A stretch of DNA of 64,000 bases from Vezdaea acicularis (lineage: Eukaryota), in NCBI GenBank assembly GCA_026025075.1, contig JAPEUI010000026.1, forward strand, positions 1 to 64,000, read 5' to 3'. The translations under genes and the position numbers were made by a program. Under the pieces are notes generated by a model, which saw only the letters and a list, made by a program, of their open reading frames with translations, had not been told where the DNA came from and did not search any database. Shown here in pieces: positions 37,484 to 49,788 of the stretch. Within the stretch, counting starts at the first letter, position 1, and the number at the start of each line of letters is the position of its first letter.

Positions 37484-39361
37484 ATGAATACCACTGACGA
37501 GGTCTTCGAGGCAGATGCCTCAGTCGAGAATCAGGCGCGCCGGAGGGGCTCGTCAGGCTTATATCAAACAGAAAGCAGCGACGATGTGGCGAGACCAGTA
37601 CATCACAGAATTGATGGACAGTCGAAGATACCTACGGATGAAGAAACCCCTCTGCTGGACGGAGAGGGTGGTCATAGTGGGGATCCACCACAAGATGGTG
37701 TTGAATGGGAGGGAGCAAAGGATTTTGAGGGTCTCCCATGGTGGAAGAAGCCATCGGTATGCATCTGGACCTTTCACGTCCTTGGCTATACATCCACTAA
37801 TCTCAGTGACACCAGGGGTTTTGGCTCATTCCACCCTTCATCATATATACCCTTGCATTCGGGGGCACATTTGTTCCAAGACTCAATCTGATATTGACGC
37901 TTATCTGCAAACAATACCTTGCTAAGAACGCCCCTGAAGCGTCCTACCCTTCAATCATCCTAGGGGTCGACAATCCAGACTGCATGAGGAACGATGATAT
38001 ACAAAAGTTAGCAACCCAGTTTAGCACTTACGTCAGCCTGATATCCGGCATCCTTTCTGCTATTACCAGTCCACAGATTGGCACCCTATCAGACCGCTAC
38101 GGCCGGATAAAGCTGCTGGCCATAAGCTCCATTGGGATGCTATTAAGCGAAATCCTGTTCATTGTTGCGGGCTCCTTTCCGGACACAGTCTCTGTATACT
38201 GGATCCTCCTAGGATCCGTCGCTGATGGTCTATGCGGCTCTTTCACGGCAGCTCTGGCACTTGGCTACTCATACGCTGCCGACACAACCCCTCCAGCTTA
38301 TAGAAATGTCATGTTCGGCTACCTCTACGGCTGTCTCTTTACTGGCATTGCTATCGGGCCCATATTCGCTGGCTACGTTGTCAAGCTGACAGGCAGCCTT
38401 ATTTCCGTGTTCTACATAGCGCTAGGCGGTCATCTGATCTTCTTGAGCTTCCTCGTCTTTGTCGTGCCCGAGTCACTTTCGGCTCGGCGCCGGCAGGCCG
38501 CTGCGGAGAAGCACCGTGTATCAAAAGCGGAGGATCAACGGACGTGGCTGCAGACCCTGAAGTCGGCGAATTTATTTGCTCCCCTGGCCATCCTCTTCCC
38601 TGTCGGCAAGGGCTCCAGCAGAGCTCTGCGATCAAACTTGCTGCTCTTGGCCGCCGTGGATACGACCATGTTCAGCGTTGCCATGGGGTCTATGACCGTG
38701 GTAATCTACTATTCAGAGAAGATGTTTGGATGGGGAACGCTCGAGTCCAGCATCTTCGTATCGGTCGTGAATACATGTCGCGTGACCGCGCTCATCCTGA
38801 TTCTACCCGGACTTACTCGGGTCGTCAGGAAATACATCAAAAGCCCTAAATCGGGCTCGGACATCTTCGATCTATCCATCATCCGCACCGCCATCTTCTT
38901 CGACACACTCGGCTACATCGGTTACTCTTTGAGCCGCGTAGGTGCCGTGTTCGTCCTCTCTGGCGCTGTCGCGGCGCTTGGCGGGGTGGGCTCGCCAACT
39001 ATTTCATCCGCGTTGACTAAACATGTTCCGGCGGATCGGACCGGCCAGCTGCTGGGAGCTATGGGACTGTTGCATGCCCTGACTCGGGTCTTTTCCCCTA
39101 CGATCTGCAACACCATCTACAGTCTTACCGTGAAGACCGTGCCGCAGACCGTCTTCTACTGCTTAACGGCAACATTCGGTTTTGCGTTTGTGTTGTCATG
39201 GTTTGTACAGCCTAATGGTAAGTCGGCATTCATCCCCCTCAGTGTTGCTTGGTGTGCTGATCATCTGCTTAGTCTACCTTAACGACGCCAACGACGATTC
39301 CGAGGACTCGCCAGCAAGCGCTGACGAGAGGCCTGAGGAAACCGAGCCCTTGTTTGCATAG
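37484..39361 (+). CDS. MFS transporter (tetracycline-efflux/SLC46-like, probably vacuolar), 3 exons
   Basis: MFS motif A GTLSDRYGRIKLL, YAADTTPP..RN..FG, TGQLLGAMGLLHAL; about 12 TM; N-terminal DEETPLL acidic dileucine signal. Introns 37757-37815 and ~39218-39272; stop TAG 39359-39361. Confidence 0.9.
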
Positions 39362-41945
39362 AATGTGCATTACTTTTATGTGCTCACGAACGTAATGATT
39401 CTTTGGTCTGCATAGAGGTTTGCCGCAATGGCGGATGGAGTCGCGTAATACATTAGGGACCAAGTGTGCATTTTAGAAGCGTCATGTCACGTTTACGGGA
39501 TCATAGATGTATAGTAGAACATGAATAGAATACATTGCCTAACCTAGACTCCATCTTTGACTTTGAAGACCCAGTGACGCACATGCAGTGGCAATGAGAT
39601 AGATAGACTGATACCGCCAAAAGGGGTTCGCGGGTGCGGGGAGGAGGGCTAAGGACTTGTCGGCTCCAGCCTCGAGCTAACTTTGTTCTCCCCTGATGTA
39701 GAGACCCCTCTATTACATCGTTCGCACACCATTACATGATTGGTACTTCCTTTTCCATACTACCTCATGTTAGATAGGCAACTTTTCATCACACGAGCGA
39801 CCTCTCCTAACACAGGCGGTCTTTCATGGAAGGAGGAACCTCTCATTATATGGGCGACTTCACATGGTCTGGATAGCTTCTCATAACATGTGGAGAGTTC
39901 TATGCGATGAGCAACTTCCCTTTAGGACGATGTTCTGTCACAAGGGCATATGTATTAGATTTCCTGACTTCAATGGCTTATTCGTTCCTTTAAAGGTCTG
40001 TTCCTTACTTTGTGAGAATTCACGGGTTCAACGGGCCTCAACCACCGGCCGGAGAACACTGAGTCTTTGCTCTGTTAGCCTCGTAAAATATTGTAGTGTT
40101 GGCCTTCCGAGATTGGTTCTCCAATCTTCAGCAGCTGTACCGCGCTCTGAATGAGCCCATTGAGGCCCTGCGACCAGTCTCGATTTTAATAGTGCTACTT
40201 TAGCCCCCCCAGAATGAAGCTCTAGCCGAATCTGGGCTGCAAACGTGGCTCCACCTTGGCTTTACGCAATATTAACGTCGGAGAAGATGCTGTATGGGCA
40301 TTAGCCAGCCACTGCCGGACCAGAAAAAGGCAGGACCGCGCGATCTGAGTCTTTCTGAAACGCGAGTCGTGGAGCTGTCAGGTTATGCTTGAATCTCTTC
40401 AATCTGGGGGAAATTGCAGCGAATCTCCTTACGACCGGTACGCGCGAGCCGACCGTCCAATCATGGCCAGTCTATGTCACTTCCACGTCTCTTTCGACCT
40501 TCCCCTCATGTCAGCGCCGCTCAACATTTCTTGCTGGGTCGAAAAAGCAAGAGTGGAAAAGGCTGCCCTTCGAGCGAAAGTGGTAATGCTTGTGAGCCTT
40601 CGGGTTCATGATCGACAAAGTCTAGGCACTGAGGGTTGACAGCAGATGTGTTTAACAGCCAAAGATAGCGACGTGCAGCAGCCTCTCTCTCAACGTGGTG
40701 CATCGACTTTCATAACGTCGTTTGCGAGCTCAACCAGGGACAGGGCAGACGCTTTTGCCTGTCATTGGAGAGACGGCGAAATTGTGGCTTTTTGTCGACA
40801 TGACCGGGTGGCGCGATGTGGTTCGACGGTGCGGGCAAGACGACCATGCCCTGACAATTTCTACGGAAATTCACTTCGCAGATTCTGTCTTGCGCCGCAT
40901 GCGAGACGAAAGAGTTCTCGCATCGCACCGCATGTCGTCTGCCGAACGAGCGTCCGGGATCTTTTTGAGGTTACAGAGTTGCAGAGTGGGCAATGCAGGC
41001 TGCACGCCAGATATCGTCCTCGTCTGCGCGAGAAGGAGAATATCCAGAAAAGCTGGGGTGGCCCGTGCAACCGACCTGCAGGATTCTTGGCGACTCCGCA
41101 AGGCTAATGTACTCCGTGTCGTCGGTAGGACAAGACCATTCTACAGCAAAGCCGGCCGGAATGCTTCAATGTCCTCGCAACTGCCATGAGCTGTACAAGT
41201 ACTTGGATGTCGAGAGCCGATGCTGTCGGCATCCATTGGTTCATCGTCAAAGCGTCTCAATTCCTTCCCGCACGCCGACGGCATCGATCAGAGCTGCACG
41301 CAGCAGGTGCGACCAATCGTGCGTCGTGATAGGCACGGCGGGGCTTTTTCGTGGCGTCGAATGCAGGCACTGGGCCGGCCAGGGGGTGTGGGATGGCCGT
41401 CGAGCACGAGCGGTCCAAGGAGGCGGCTGCCGCAGACTATGTCTACTCCTCCTCCTCCTGCTTTGCCTTCCTCCATCATCGTGACCTTCCCCCACAACCT
41501 CTCCTTCGATTCTCGCTGTGCGTCGATTGACAAGCATCGAACTGTTTTTCGGCCTGGTGCTGAGACCCGAGTCTAGACCACCTCCCTCGATTGCCCGCCA
41601 TACCACTCGCTTCGGTTTTTTCACGCCTCCAGCTGTGCCTCGTTGCGGCACATCGGGCTTCTATTCAGAGCTCTTGTGGCTGAACAGTCGTCGAGATATC
41701 TAGAGCTGAACGACCAAGGCCAGAGTACAAAGGAGGAAACTTCTTCGCCATCCAGCTACGCCGAATTGCTCGATTGTCTCGTTCAATTGCTCGCCTTCCA
41801 TAACAACGTCCGTGCCTCGCATTGATCGCATCAAACTCGGTATCGCCGCTGGACGGCCACTCGAAAATAACGCATCATCCACGCGATTGATTCGCCTCTA
41901 TACCTTTTGAGCAGGGCTCTTGTTCCTCGTCACACGTTCGACATC

Positions 41946-43864
41946 ATGGGTCGGAAGTTTACTTTCAAAATAACGCCTTTGGTATGTAGATCTGTGTACA
42001 TTCCTTAGCCTTGCGCGAGTCCGTTCATTGGGCTATCTGTTGGTGTCCGAGTGGCAACCGCACGGACGATAACAACGATCCCACTCTCATCTGAAAGACG
42101 CGGCAAGAAATTTCTCTTCATCTCAGCTGACAATCTCTCCAGAAGGTGACCTCCTCCGCCGTTTCTCCTGCGGTCGAAACGCCTCCTGTTATCGAATTCA
42201 TGGAGCCCCCATCACCACCGTTTGTGCCTGACTCTCCTCTGTTTGAACCCCGAGAACCTCTCTCGCCTGCCGTCGAACGAGAACTGCGAAGCGCCTGTGC
42301 AGTCATCCTGCGAGCGCTGAAACCTTCGGGGCAGATATACGAAGACCTTGCCAAGAGCGAATACAGCGAAGCGCAAGCCCTTCGAAATGCTCAATCAAGG
42401 ACTCGGGCAAAGGGTGAAATTCGGTCGACAACACGGCCGATGCCGTCAGAAGGCATTCTGGAGTCGTATCGGCCCAAGCCTCCAGGTCCTCAAAACAGGT
42501 TGAGATCGACTTCGAATACATCAACATACAAGCATGTACCACAGCATGCTGCAGCTGCTTTCGTGAACACCGCAATAGCTCGACAGCCGAGCATCACTCG
42601 CGGAACATCGTCTTCAGAATCGCAGCGTGCTGCTACTTTCTCACAAGAGGTCGAGACACGCCTCGCGCAACTGGCCACCCAAGACGTGCGAAGGCCCACA
42701 ACCGCTGGCTCAGCCGGTAGAGACGCTTCGTATGCTTCCTCCCACCCGAGCCCCTCCTCACGCAGCACCATTGACCCCACTTTCTCAAGGTCCACCAGCC
42801 GCACGACCGATCCCTCCTTCGAGCAAATCTCTGGCGAGTTTTCCGCCGAGCTCGCTGAGATTCATCCTGCCTTCCGTCCCAACGTCGAAGCCAGCGTACG
42901 CGCCTCGTTTGAGCAAAATGGCCGACCCTCCACCGACCTCCTCCAGCGGCCCCCATCCCGCCGCAGCAGAATAGCAGAGTACATCCGCCCGTCCTCCGCC
43001 CAAGCCAACTGCAACCACCTGCAGCGATCCTCGTCCCGCACGTCTTTCGACCAGCCCGTCGGGAGGCCCCCCTCCCGCTCCCGCATTGCAGAATATATCC
43101 GCCCTTCCTCTGCCCAGTCAAACTACTACGACATGCAAGCCGCGCCGCCCACGCTCTCACGCTCCTCCTCCCGCTCCCGAATTGCGGAGTACATTCGCCC
43201 GTCCTCGAGCCACTCCCAGCGCTCAACCCGCACCACCGAGTCCTCAACCTCCACCACCGCCGGTACCTGGTGGCGCCCCCTACTCTCCAGCCGCAAGAGC
43301 TCGTCGTCCCTCCGTCGCGACAAGGTAGACCAGCAGGACAGAGACGGCGCCGATCCAAACTCGCCCCAGCTCGACCTCAACCGCGCCCTTCCCCCTCTAC
43401 CGAGCCTCAGCACTTGGGAAGAGCCAAGGAAGCACATCGCGAACCTCATGCGGCCTGGGCAGGCCGTCGAGTCACCCACTAGCAACAGCAAAACAGCAAC
43501 CAATGGCCCGCCCCTCGGCACAACCACCGCCCCAGCACCCGTACAGCAGAAAACGCCGCTCGGCCCGCTGAACCCGAACGTCGCTGCAGAGCGACCCCCC
43601 GTACTACCCCGAACGCGCACCAAAGAGCGCTGGAAAGGCCGCATGAACAAGGAAGTCCTGGTCGAGAGCGTGGGCGTGCTGGACGAGAGGAAAAGCGCGG
43701 GGGAGTGTGAAGCGGCCGATAAACTGGGCGTTGGGATGCCGATGGCTGCTAGCACGAGTGCCAGTGCGAGTGGAGCAACCAAGTTTGGAAGACTCAGGAA
43801 GCAGTTGAGTCGGTTGACGATGGGGGTCGGTGACGGGGGACAGGGGCAGCGGGTTGGGTTTTAG
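41946..43864 (+). CDS. Ser/Pro/Arg-rich disordered hypothetical protein with three SRIAEYIRPSS repeats, YKHVPQHAA and DLNRALPPLP motifs
   Basis: 572-codon ORF 42146..43864. Probable exon 1 41946-41981 (MGRKFTFKITPL), intron GTATGT..GCTGAC..CAG ending 42142, phase 0. Confidence 0.8.
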
Positions 43865-44306
43865 GCTGTGGTCGGGGGGGTTTAGGGGGGGCGGATAGAG
43901 GAGAGAGAATGGGGAATAGAAGGGCGTGCTGGATAAAGTGCATGAAGTTAGGGCAAGAGGCCTGTTGACTACTCGTTATGCATCGCGGGGAGGCGTCGCG
44001 CGTTTTTCTTTCCACAGGCCGCTGTTCGAGTCGTCACCTCACTTTCACTTTCTTGGACATACCCATTGATTGGTTTTGATGCCGAGCTGGATATATATAT
44101 ATATATCGCGCCTTATAAAGCATAGAGTCGAGATCAAAGAATCGAATGTGCATATAGAAAATAGTGTCTGCATGAAGCATCTACGTGCATAAAACGGTAT
44201 ATAGAGTTGTACCGGCCACACGGCTTTTAGATAAAGGATACTGAAGATGAAACAGTTCAAAGAGGACACCATCCATCATAGCCAACCTAGGGAGAACGTT
44301 TATCTT

Positions 44307-45827
44307 TCAAGCCGTAGCCTCGACAAACGCAGGTCTGAGAGTCGCATCAGGCGCAACGCCAACTCTCTCCTTGGCCAGGATATCGACCAAGAGGGGGCTT
44401 GGTCTGTTATCCCGCTTTGGCTGGAAAGCGGTCTGGGAATGCTTGTACTTGTGGACGCTCTCAAGATAGCCGTCGAAAAGGTATGACGAGTCAAGCGGGC
44501 CGCCCTTAGCCTCGGGGTGGAACTGGGTCGAGAAGATGGGGCGGGACTTGTGGATCATGCCTTCGTTACTGGAGTCATTAAGGTTGACGAAATACTCCTT
44601 CCATTCGCTAGGCAACGTGGACGCATCCACAGCGTAGCCGTGATTCTGGCTGGTGATGTGGCATCGCCCGGTCGTGAGATCTAGGGCTGGGATGTTGTGA
44701 GCGCGATTTCCATACTTGAGTTTGATGGTGCGGGCTCCTGCTGCAAGGGCGAGGAGCTGGTGCCCGAGACATATTCCCATGATTGGGATTTGAGAGGACT
44801 CCATAAGCTTGCGGAGGTGGTAGACGGTCTCCTGGCAATGTGTTGGATCTCCAGGACCATTGGAACTGAGACTCGGTAAGTACTGAGAAATTGAACTGAG
44901 CAAGTAAAGGACTTACATGAAAATGCCGTCGAAATGGTGGGCAACCTTATGGATCGGGTAGTCGTAAGGGAAAGCAGTTACGCTTGCCCCACGACCCACT
45001 AGACTTCTCAAGATGTTCTCCTTAACACCACAGTCGATGACAGCGATGTGCAAGTCTCCACTGCCGGAGCTTACGTGGAAGGGTGCCTTAGTGCTGACCT
45101 TGCGGACTAAATTAATTTGCTCCGGATCGGTGAAAGCTTCGTCCTGATCAGCATCATACTCCTCTCCGATAGTGATCCGAGCGAGCTCAGAACCTTGCTC
45201 CCGCAGGTAGGTTACAATGGCTCGTGTGTCGACACCAGAAATAGCTGGCACGCCTTCACGAGCACACCAGTCACTAAGGCTCTCAACAGCAGTCCAGTGA
45301 CTATAACGTTCGGCCACATCAGCCACAACCACACCGGCAGCTTGGATATTTGGAGACTCGAAATACTTCAGGAGCCCATTTTCGTCACGAGCTGAGGAAG
45401 GTACACCGTAGTTGCCAATGAGTGGTTGAGTGAAGACCAAGATCTGGCCACGGTACGACGGGTCTGTTAATGACTCTGGATAGCCCACTAGAGATGTAGT
45501 GAAGACAGCTTCGCCTGATGCATTAGACTTGGCTCCGAAGGCTTTGCCAGAAAATACAGGGCCATTCTAATTTTGGTTAACCTTGCTATTTTCTTGTTTC
45601 TAAATCACTGGTAGTAATGAGAATGGTTGGAGACAAACCCTAATTGTGAATGTGGCTCTATCATGAGACACAGGAGTAGACCTCGGCTTCCCAATTGGCA
45701 TCTGACGGCCAGTGTTTCTTTCTTCGACCGTAGCCAGAAAGCGAAGTTGCGAAGTTGGCTTGGATACCGAAAGAAAGCCTGGGTCACGTTTGAACATCGA
45801 CCGCTTGAGGAGTCGGGTAGCGATCAT
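44307..45827 (-). CDS. CPA1: Arginine-specific carbamoyl-phosphate synthetase small (glutaminase) subunit, mitochondrial precursor, 3 exons
   Basis: [54 protein letters not shown] (catalytic Cys), [19 protein letters not shown]. Introns 45638-45567 and 44916-44866. Confidence 0.97.
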
Positions 45828-45887
45828 GATGGTTCGATAATGTGGTTGTGTATGATTCAAGTGTGATGCTAATGTCAGAGGGCTCTA

Positions 45888-46207
45888 CTAATTCGCCGAG
45901 GCCTTCCACAAATGGTCTACCAATAGTCTCCGTCAATTTTGAACAAGGCGACAACTAGACTAGCGAAGGGAGGCCTCAAGTACCTGAAATGTAATCCTTG
46001 AAGATATGTTAGCAATTCTATAAGCTTAGACCTGTATCAAATCATGAAACTGGGTCACTTCCGGTGCGGCGCGGTGCAGTGCTAGGTAGAGAATAACAGA
46101 GATGACGGAAGTCGATAAAGCAATCGTTGGGGATAGGTCACCAGCCATTGAAGCAAGTAGCTCTTTTCACGTACCTGAGAAGTGAAGATTGAAGGTGTAT
46201 TACGCAT
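45888..46207 (-). CDS. Arginine attenuator peptide (AAP) uORF, 24 aa, 3 exons: MRNTPSIFTSQDYISDHLWKASAN*
   Basis: Exon 1 46207-46175, intron GTACGT..GCTAAC..AAG, 13-nt exon 45996-45984 (GATTACATTTCAG), intron GTACTT..TTGAC..TAG, exon 3 45916-45888. Aligns with Neurospora arg-2 AAP MNGRPSVFTSQDYLSDHLWRALNA. Confidence 0.95.
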
Positions 46208-46883
46208 ACGCGCGACGGTGCTCTCCGCACTGAAATCAATTGAGGGTTTTGTTAGAAGGAAACATTCGTATGTTGAAATTTTGTGCGTTTGTGCTCTTCT
46301 CAACACTGGTACGAGTGGGGTTGATCTAGCAAGGGTGATAAGCGGAGCTATTGAAAAACAGGCACTGGAGAGATTTAGTAAAAGCTGGTTAACGGACGGG
46401 TTGCACGTAATGTAGTGTTAAGTGGCAAAATGGGCAATTGGAGGATTTTATGATGAAGTGTGTGGAACAGTGGCGGGTGGGGATCGTGTAAAGTGAAGGA
46501 ATTTTGCGTAAGTGTGACTGCCGCTGGGATTTCTGCATGGATGGCGCCAAGCGAAGCCTGCAGTAACAATAACCGCGCTAAACCAAAGAGGAGATTTTCC
46601 GCTAGCATTCTTGAAGACATAATTTATTTACTAGATATTTGAATATCCAATGGATTTGAAGTGTCGTCTTCTAGAAGCCCGAGAATATATGTTTCTATTG
46701 GCTGGCGTTCAAAGGCAAAAGGCTGTCAGCTAAACTTGGCTGCTTAGTCCTCTGGACCTGCACGACCCCACATTACGTAGTTGACTAGAAAATTACCCAT
46801 CCTCAGCCAAGTATATATCTGATGGTAGGGCAATCTAAAGCCATTTAAGTTTACTAAAAGTTTCCACTAGTTGCCCATCGAAA

Positions 46884-48014
46884 ATGTCTGAAACCAAGAT
46901 TTTCTGGTCAGTCACGTTTATCTCTGCTCAAGTCCCACATACTGAACTCATGTAGCACGGGAGTCACCGGCTACATCGGCGGAGATGCAATCTTCGCCAT
47001 TGTCAAGCTTCATCCTGAATATGACATCACCTGTCTCGTTCGTAACAGCGATAAAGGGGCTCAAGTAGCAAGCCAATACTCCAAAATTAAACTTGTCTAT
47101 GGCGATCTAGACAATAATGTCCTATTGGAGGAAGAAGCAAGAAAAGCGGATATAGTACTGCGTAGGTTGGGTACTTTTCGAAACACGGAAATGGCTTATA
47201 TATCTCCCTAGATACCGCCAACGCCGACCACGCGGGCGCAGCTATAGCCATAGCCAGGGGCATCTCCTCTCGAAAATCGCCTGGCTATTTCATCCATACG
47301 TCGGGAACTGGCATACTAGGTTTCGCTGACCTCGCGCATAAGACTTATGGCGAAGCCGCCACCAAGGTATACAACGACTGGGATGGTGTCAGTGAAGTAA
47401 CATCCCTGCCAGACTCCGCCCCCCACCGCAACGTGGATAAAATAGTCCTTGCAGCAGGCAGAGACAACGTGGATATAGTCAAGACGGCAATCGTTTGCCC
47501 ACCAACCATATATGGAGAGGGTAGAGGACCAGGAAACCGAAGAAGTATCCAGGTACCAAACCTTATCAAGGCTACCCTTGAGAAGCAGGAAGGCGTCGTT
47601 GTAGGCGCAGGCCAAAACTGGTGGACTAATATCCATGTTGCGGATCTGTCGCAGGTCTACCTTCGCTTGGTTGAAGAGGCCTCTAAAAGCGGAGGCTCAG
47701 CTACTTGGGGCGAAGACGGATATTATTTCACCGAGCGCGAAGAGTTCCAATGGCGTAAGGCAGCAAAAGCTGTAGCAAGCGCGGCGCACAAGAAGGGCTT
47801 CATTTCCAAGGACAGCATCACTACGGTCTCAGCGGAAGAAGCGGATAGGTTAGTTCCATCAGGGAGCTTCCTATGGGGGACAAATTCGAGGTGTAAGGCT
47901 GTGAGGGCAAACAGGCAGCTAGCTTGGGTGCCAGAGCAGAGGAGTATATATGATGACATCCCAGACGAAGTGGCCAGAGAGGCGAAGAGGTTGGGCTTAA
48001 AAGCCAGTACGTAA
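46884..48014 (+). CDS. NAD(P)-binding Rossmann protein, extended-SDR epimerase/dehydratase family, 3 exons
   Basis: MSETKIFC|TGVTGYIGG nucleotide-binding motif, LVRNSDKG, FIHTSGTGIL, IVCPPTIYGEGRG, IHVADLS, GEDGYYF. Introns ~46907-46955 and ~47162-47211. Confidence 0.9.
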
Positions 48015-48332
48015 CGTAGAATGTGCTTTTGAGCCTTCAAATAATTAGTCAAGAATCTGCTGCAGCCACACCAATGCGTCAGTGTTAGCCAAGATACAAA
48101 GTAATCATGTGAAGATTGTTCCTAGTGGGGTTTTATACCTACAGATTATACAGCGGTTGGTTGGCCCAACAGCACCGTGTTATAAGCTCACCCTCGACCC
48201 TCAGCTCGCAGGGAGAGCCTCGTGTATGCGAATGTGTTCCGCCGATAAATAGGTACATCAATCGCGGCACGACTCTCACGACCGTCCCAAAAAACGATTT
48301 GGAATGTGGGCTTGGCTATACATGTTTGTGGA

Positions 48333-49290
48333 TTATATAGCGCCTAACTCTTTTAGTTTGCTGATCATGGCATCAACGCTGTCGACTTTGCCCCCACCTT
48401 GTCTTGGTGGTGGCTCGATAACCTTTAAAGTCTTCAGTCGTGAATCTTCACTGGCGCCATAGTCCGCCATGCTCTTCTTCTCCATCGGCTTCTTCTTCGC
48501 CTTCATGATGTTGGGTAAACTTGCGTAACGCGGTTCGTTTAGGCGGAGGTCAGTCGTTATGATTATTGGGAGTTTAGCGCGCAGCGTCTCGATGCCGCCA
48601 TCTACCTCACGTGTCACAGTGACGTTTTTTCCCTCAAATGCTACCTTTGACGCTTGAGTTGCCTGTGGCCAGTTCAGTAGGCCAGCCAGCATTTGCCCCG
48701 TCTGGTTTGCGTCGTCATCGATGCTCTGCTTCCCTAGAATAACAATGTTCCTATCCTCCTTTTCAACTACTGCCTTCAATAGCTTAGCTACACCTAAAGG
48801 CTCTAACATGCCTTCCTTTTCCGGGGTTGTCTCAATTAGGAGACCTCTATCGGCACCCATAGCTAGCGCAGTTTGTAGTGTGTCCTTGGCTTTTGGTGGA
48901 CCAGCGGAGACGGCGAGAATATCGGACACTTTGGCGCTGGCAGTTTTGCCTTCACGTATGCGCACAGCTTCTTCAATTGCAATCTCATCGAAAGGGTTCA
49001 TGCTATGTTTGACGCCTTGCGTTTCTACTGCCGTTTGGGTTTTGTTGACGCGAGGCTTAACCTGGACATTGTTAGCTACACGCTTTTTTAGGAATCCAAT
49101 GAAAGCCGACGAGACACTGGAGCCATTCTGCCAGAAATCAGTAAAGCTGATTGAGAAATCTCTAGACCACTAAAGCTGTTTTGAGCAGAACCCCAGGTGG
49201 TCCCGTCGCCTCCTTTGCATTTACTAGGAGTCGTACGGCATAGTCTATCACCCGCTTCACAGGTACAAGGATCCGGAGGGATGCTGACAT
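48333..49290 (-). CDS. CIR1: Electron transfer flavoprotein beta subunit, 2 exons
   Basis: MSASLRILVPVKRVIDYA|VKPRVNK...VKHSMNPFDEIAIEEAVR, LGKQSIDDDANQTGQMLAGLL, TTDLRLNEPRYASLPNIMKAKKK. Intron 49236-49062. Confidence 0.95.
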
Positions 49291-49788
49291 TATTGGAGAA
49301 TTTGGAAAATGTCGGACAGATAATGAAATGTGATGATATTTTAATGAACATTGGTAAGTGAACCAATCAATGCAGGAGATATACAAGGAGCAGAGGGCTA
49401 CAAGTCTAATCGTATCGTCTACCTCGGCGCCGAAATTCTTGGTGCCAATCACGTGTCTCGCGTGCCCCTTTGGGCCTAGCGAGCATCGGCATCAATTGCT
49501 GCGCGATCTTCCTATTGTAGCAGCCTCTTGAGATTCAATAATAACACATAGCATTATTGTGGCCACCTTCTTCTGTAGATCTTTCTAAACCGCAAACAGA
49601 AATTTCTTCCTTGACCACTACGTTTTACAATTTTAAGAAAAGTCTCAAAGCAAAGCTCCCCGTTCATCTTCTGCCCTCTTCACACTCCGACATCACATCC
49701 ACAGAGATCTCTGTTTCACTCAATGCCCACGCTTTTATCAAAAACAAGATAATCTACTTGGGCCGCTTTGAGGCTGTGGGTGCCGGCC
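49291..49788. promoter_or_regulatory. Bidirectional promoter ETF-beta/THO2 with two CCAAT boxes, a CCTCGG element and an E-box
   Basis: CCAATC at 49363 and 49445, CCTCGG at 49422-49427, CACGTG at 49450-49455. Confidence 0.45.

Noticed and set aside
46514..46520. GTGACTG as a Cpc1/Gcn4 site upstream of CPA1
   Set aside because: Only a partial match to TGACTC(A); plausible biologically but not supportable from sequence alone.
49062..49236. 175-nt ETF-beta intron with a GACCAC/GTGGTC hairpin as a possible H/ACA snoRNA
   Set aside because: No properly placed H box or ACA; hairpins are common in longer fungal introns.
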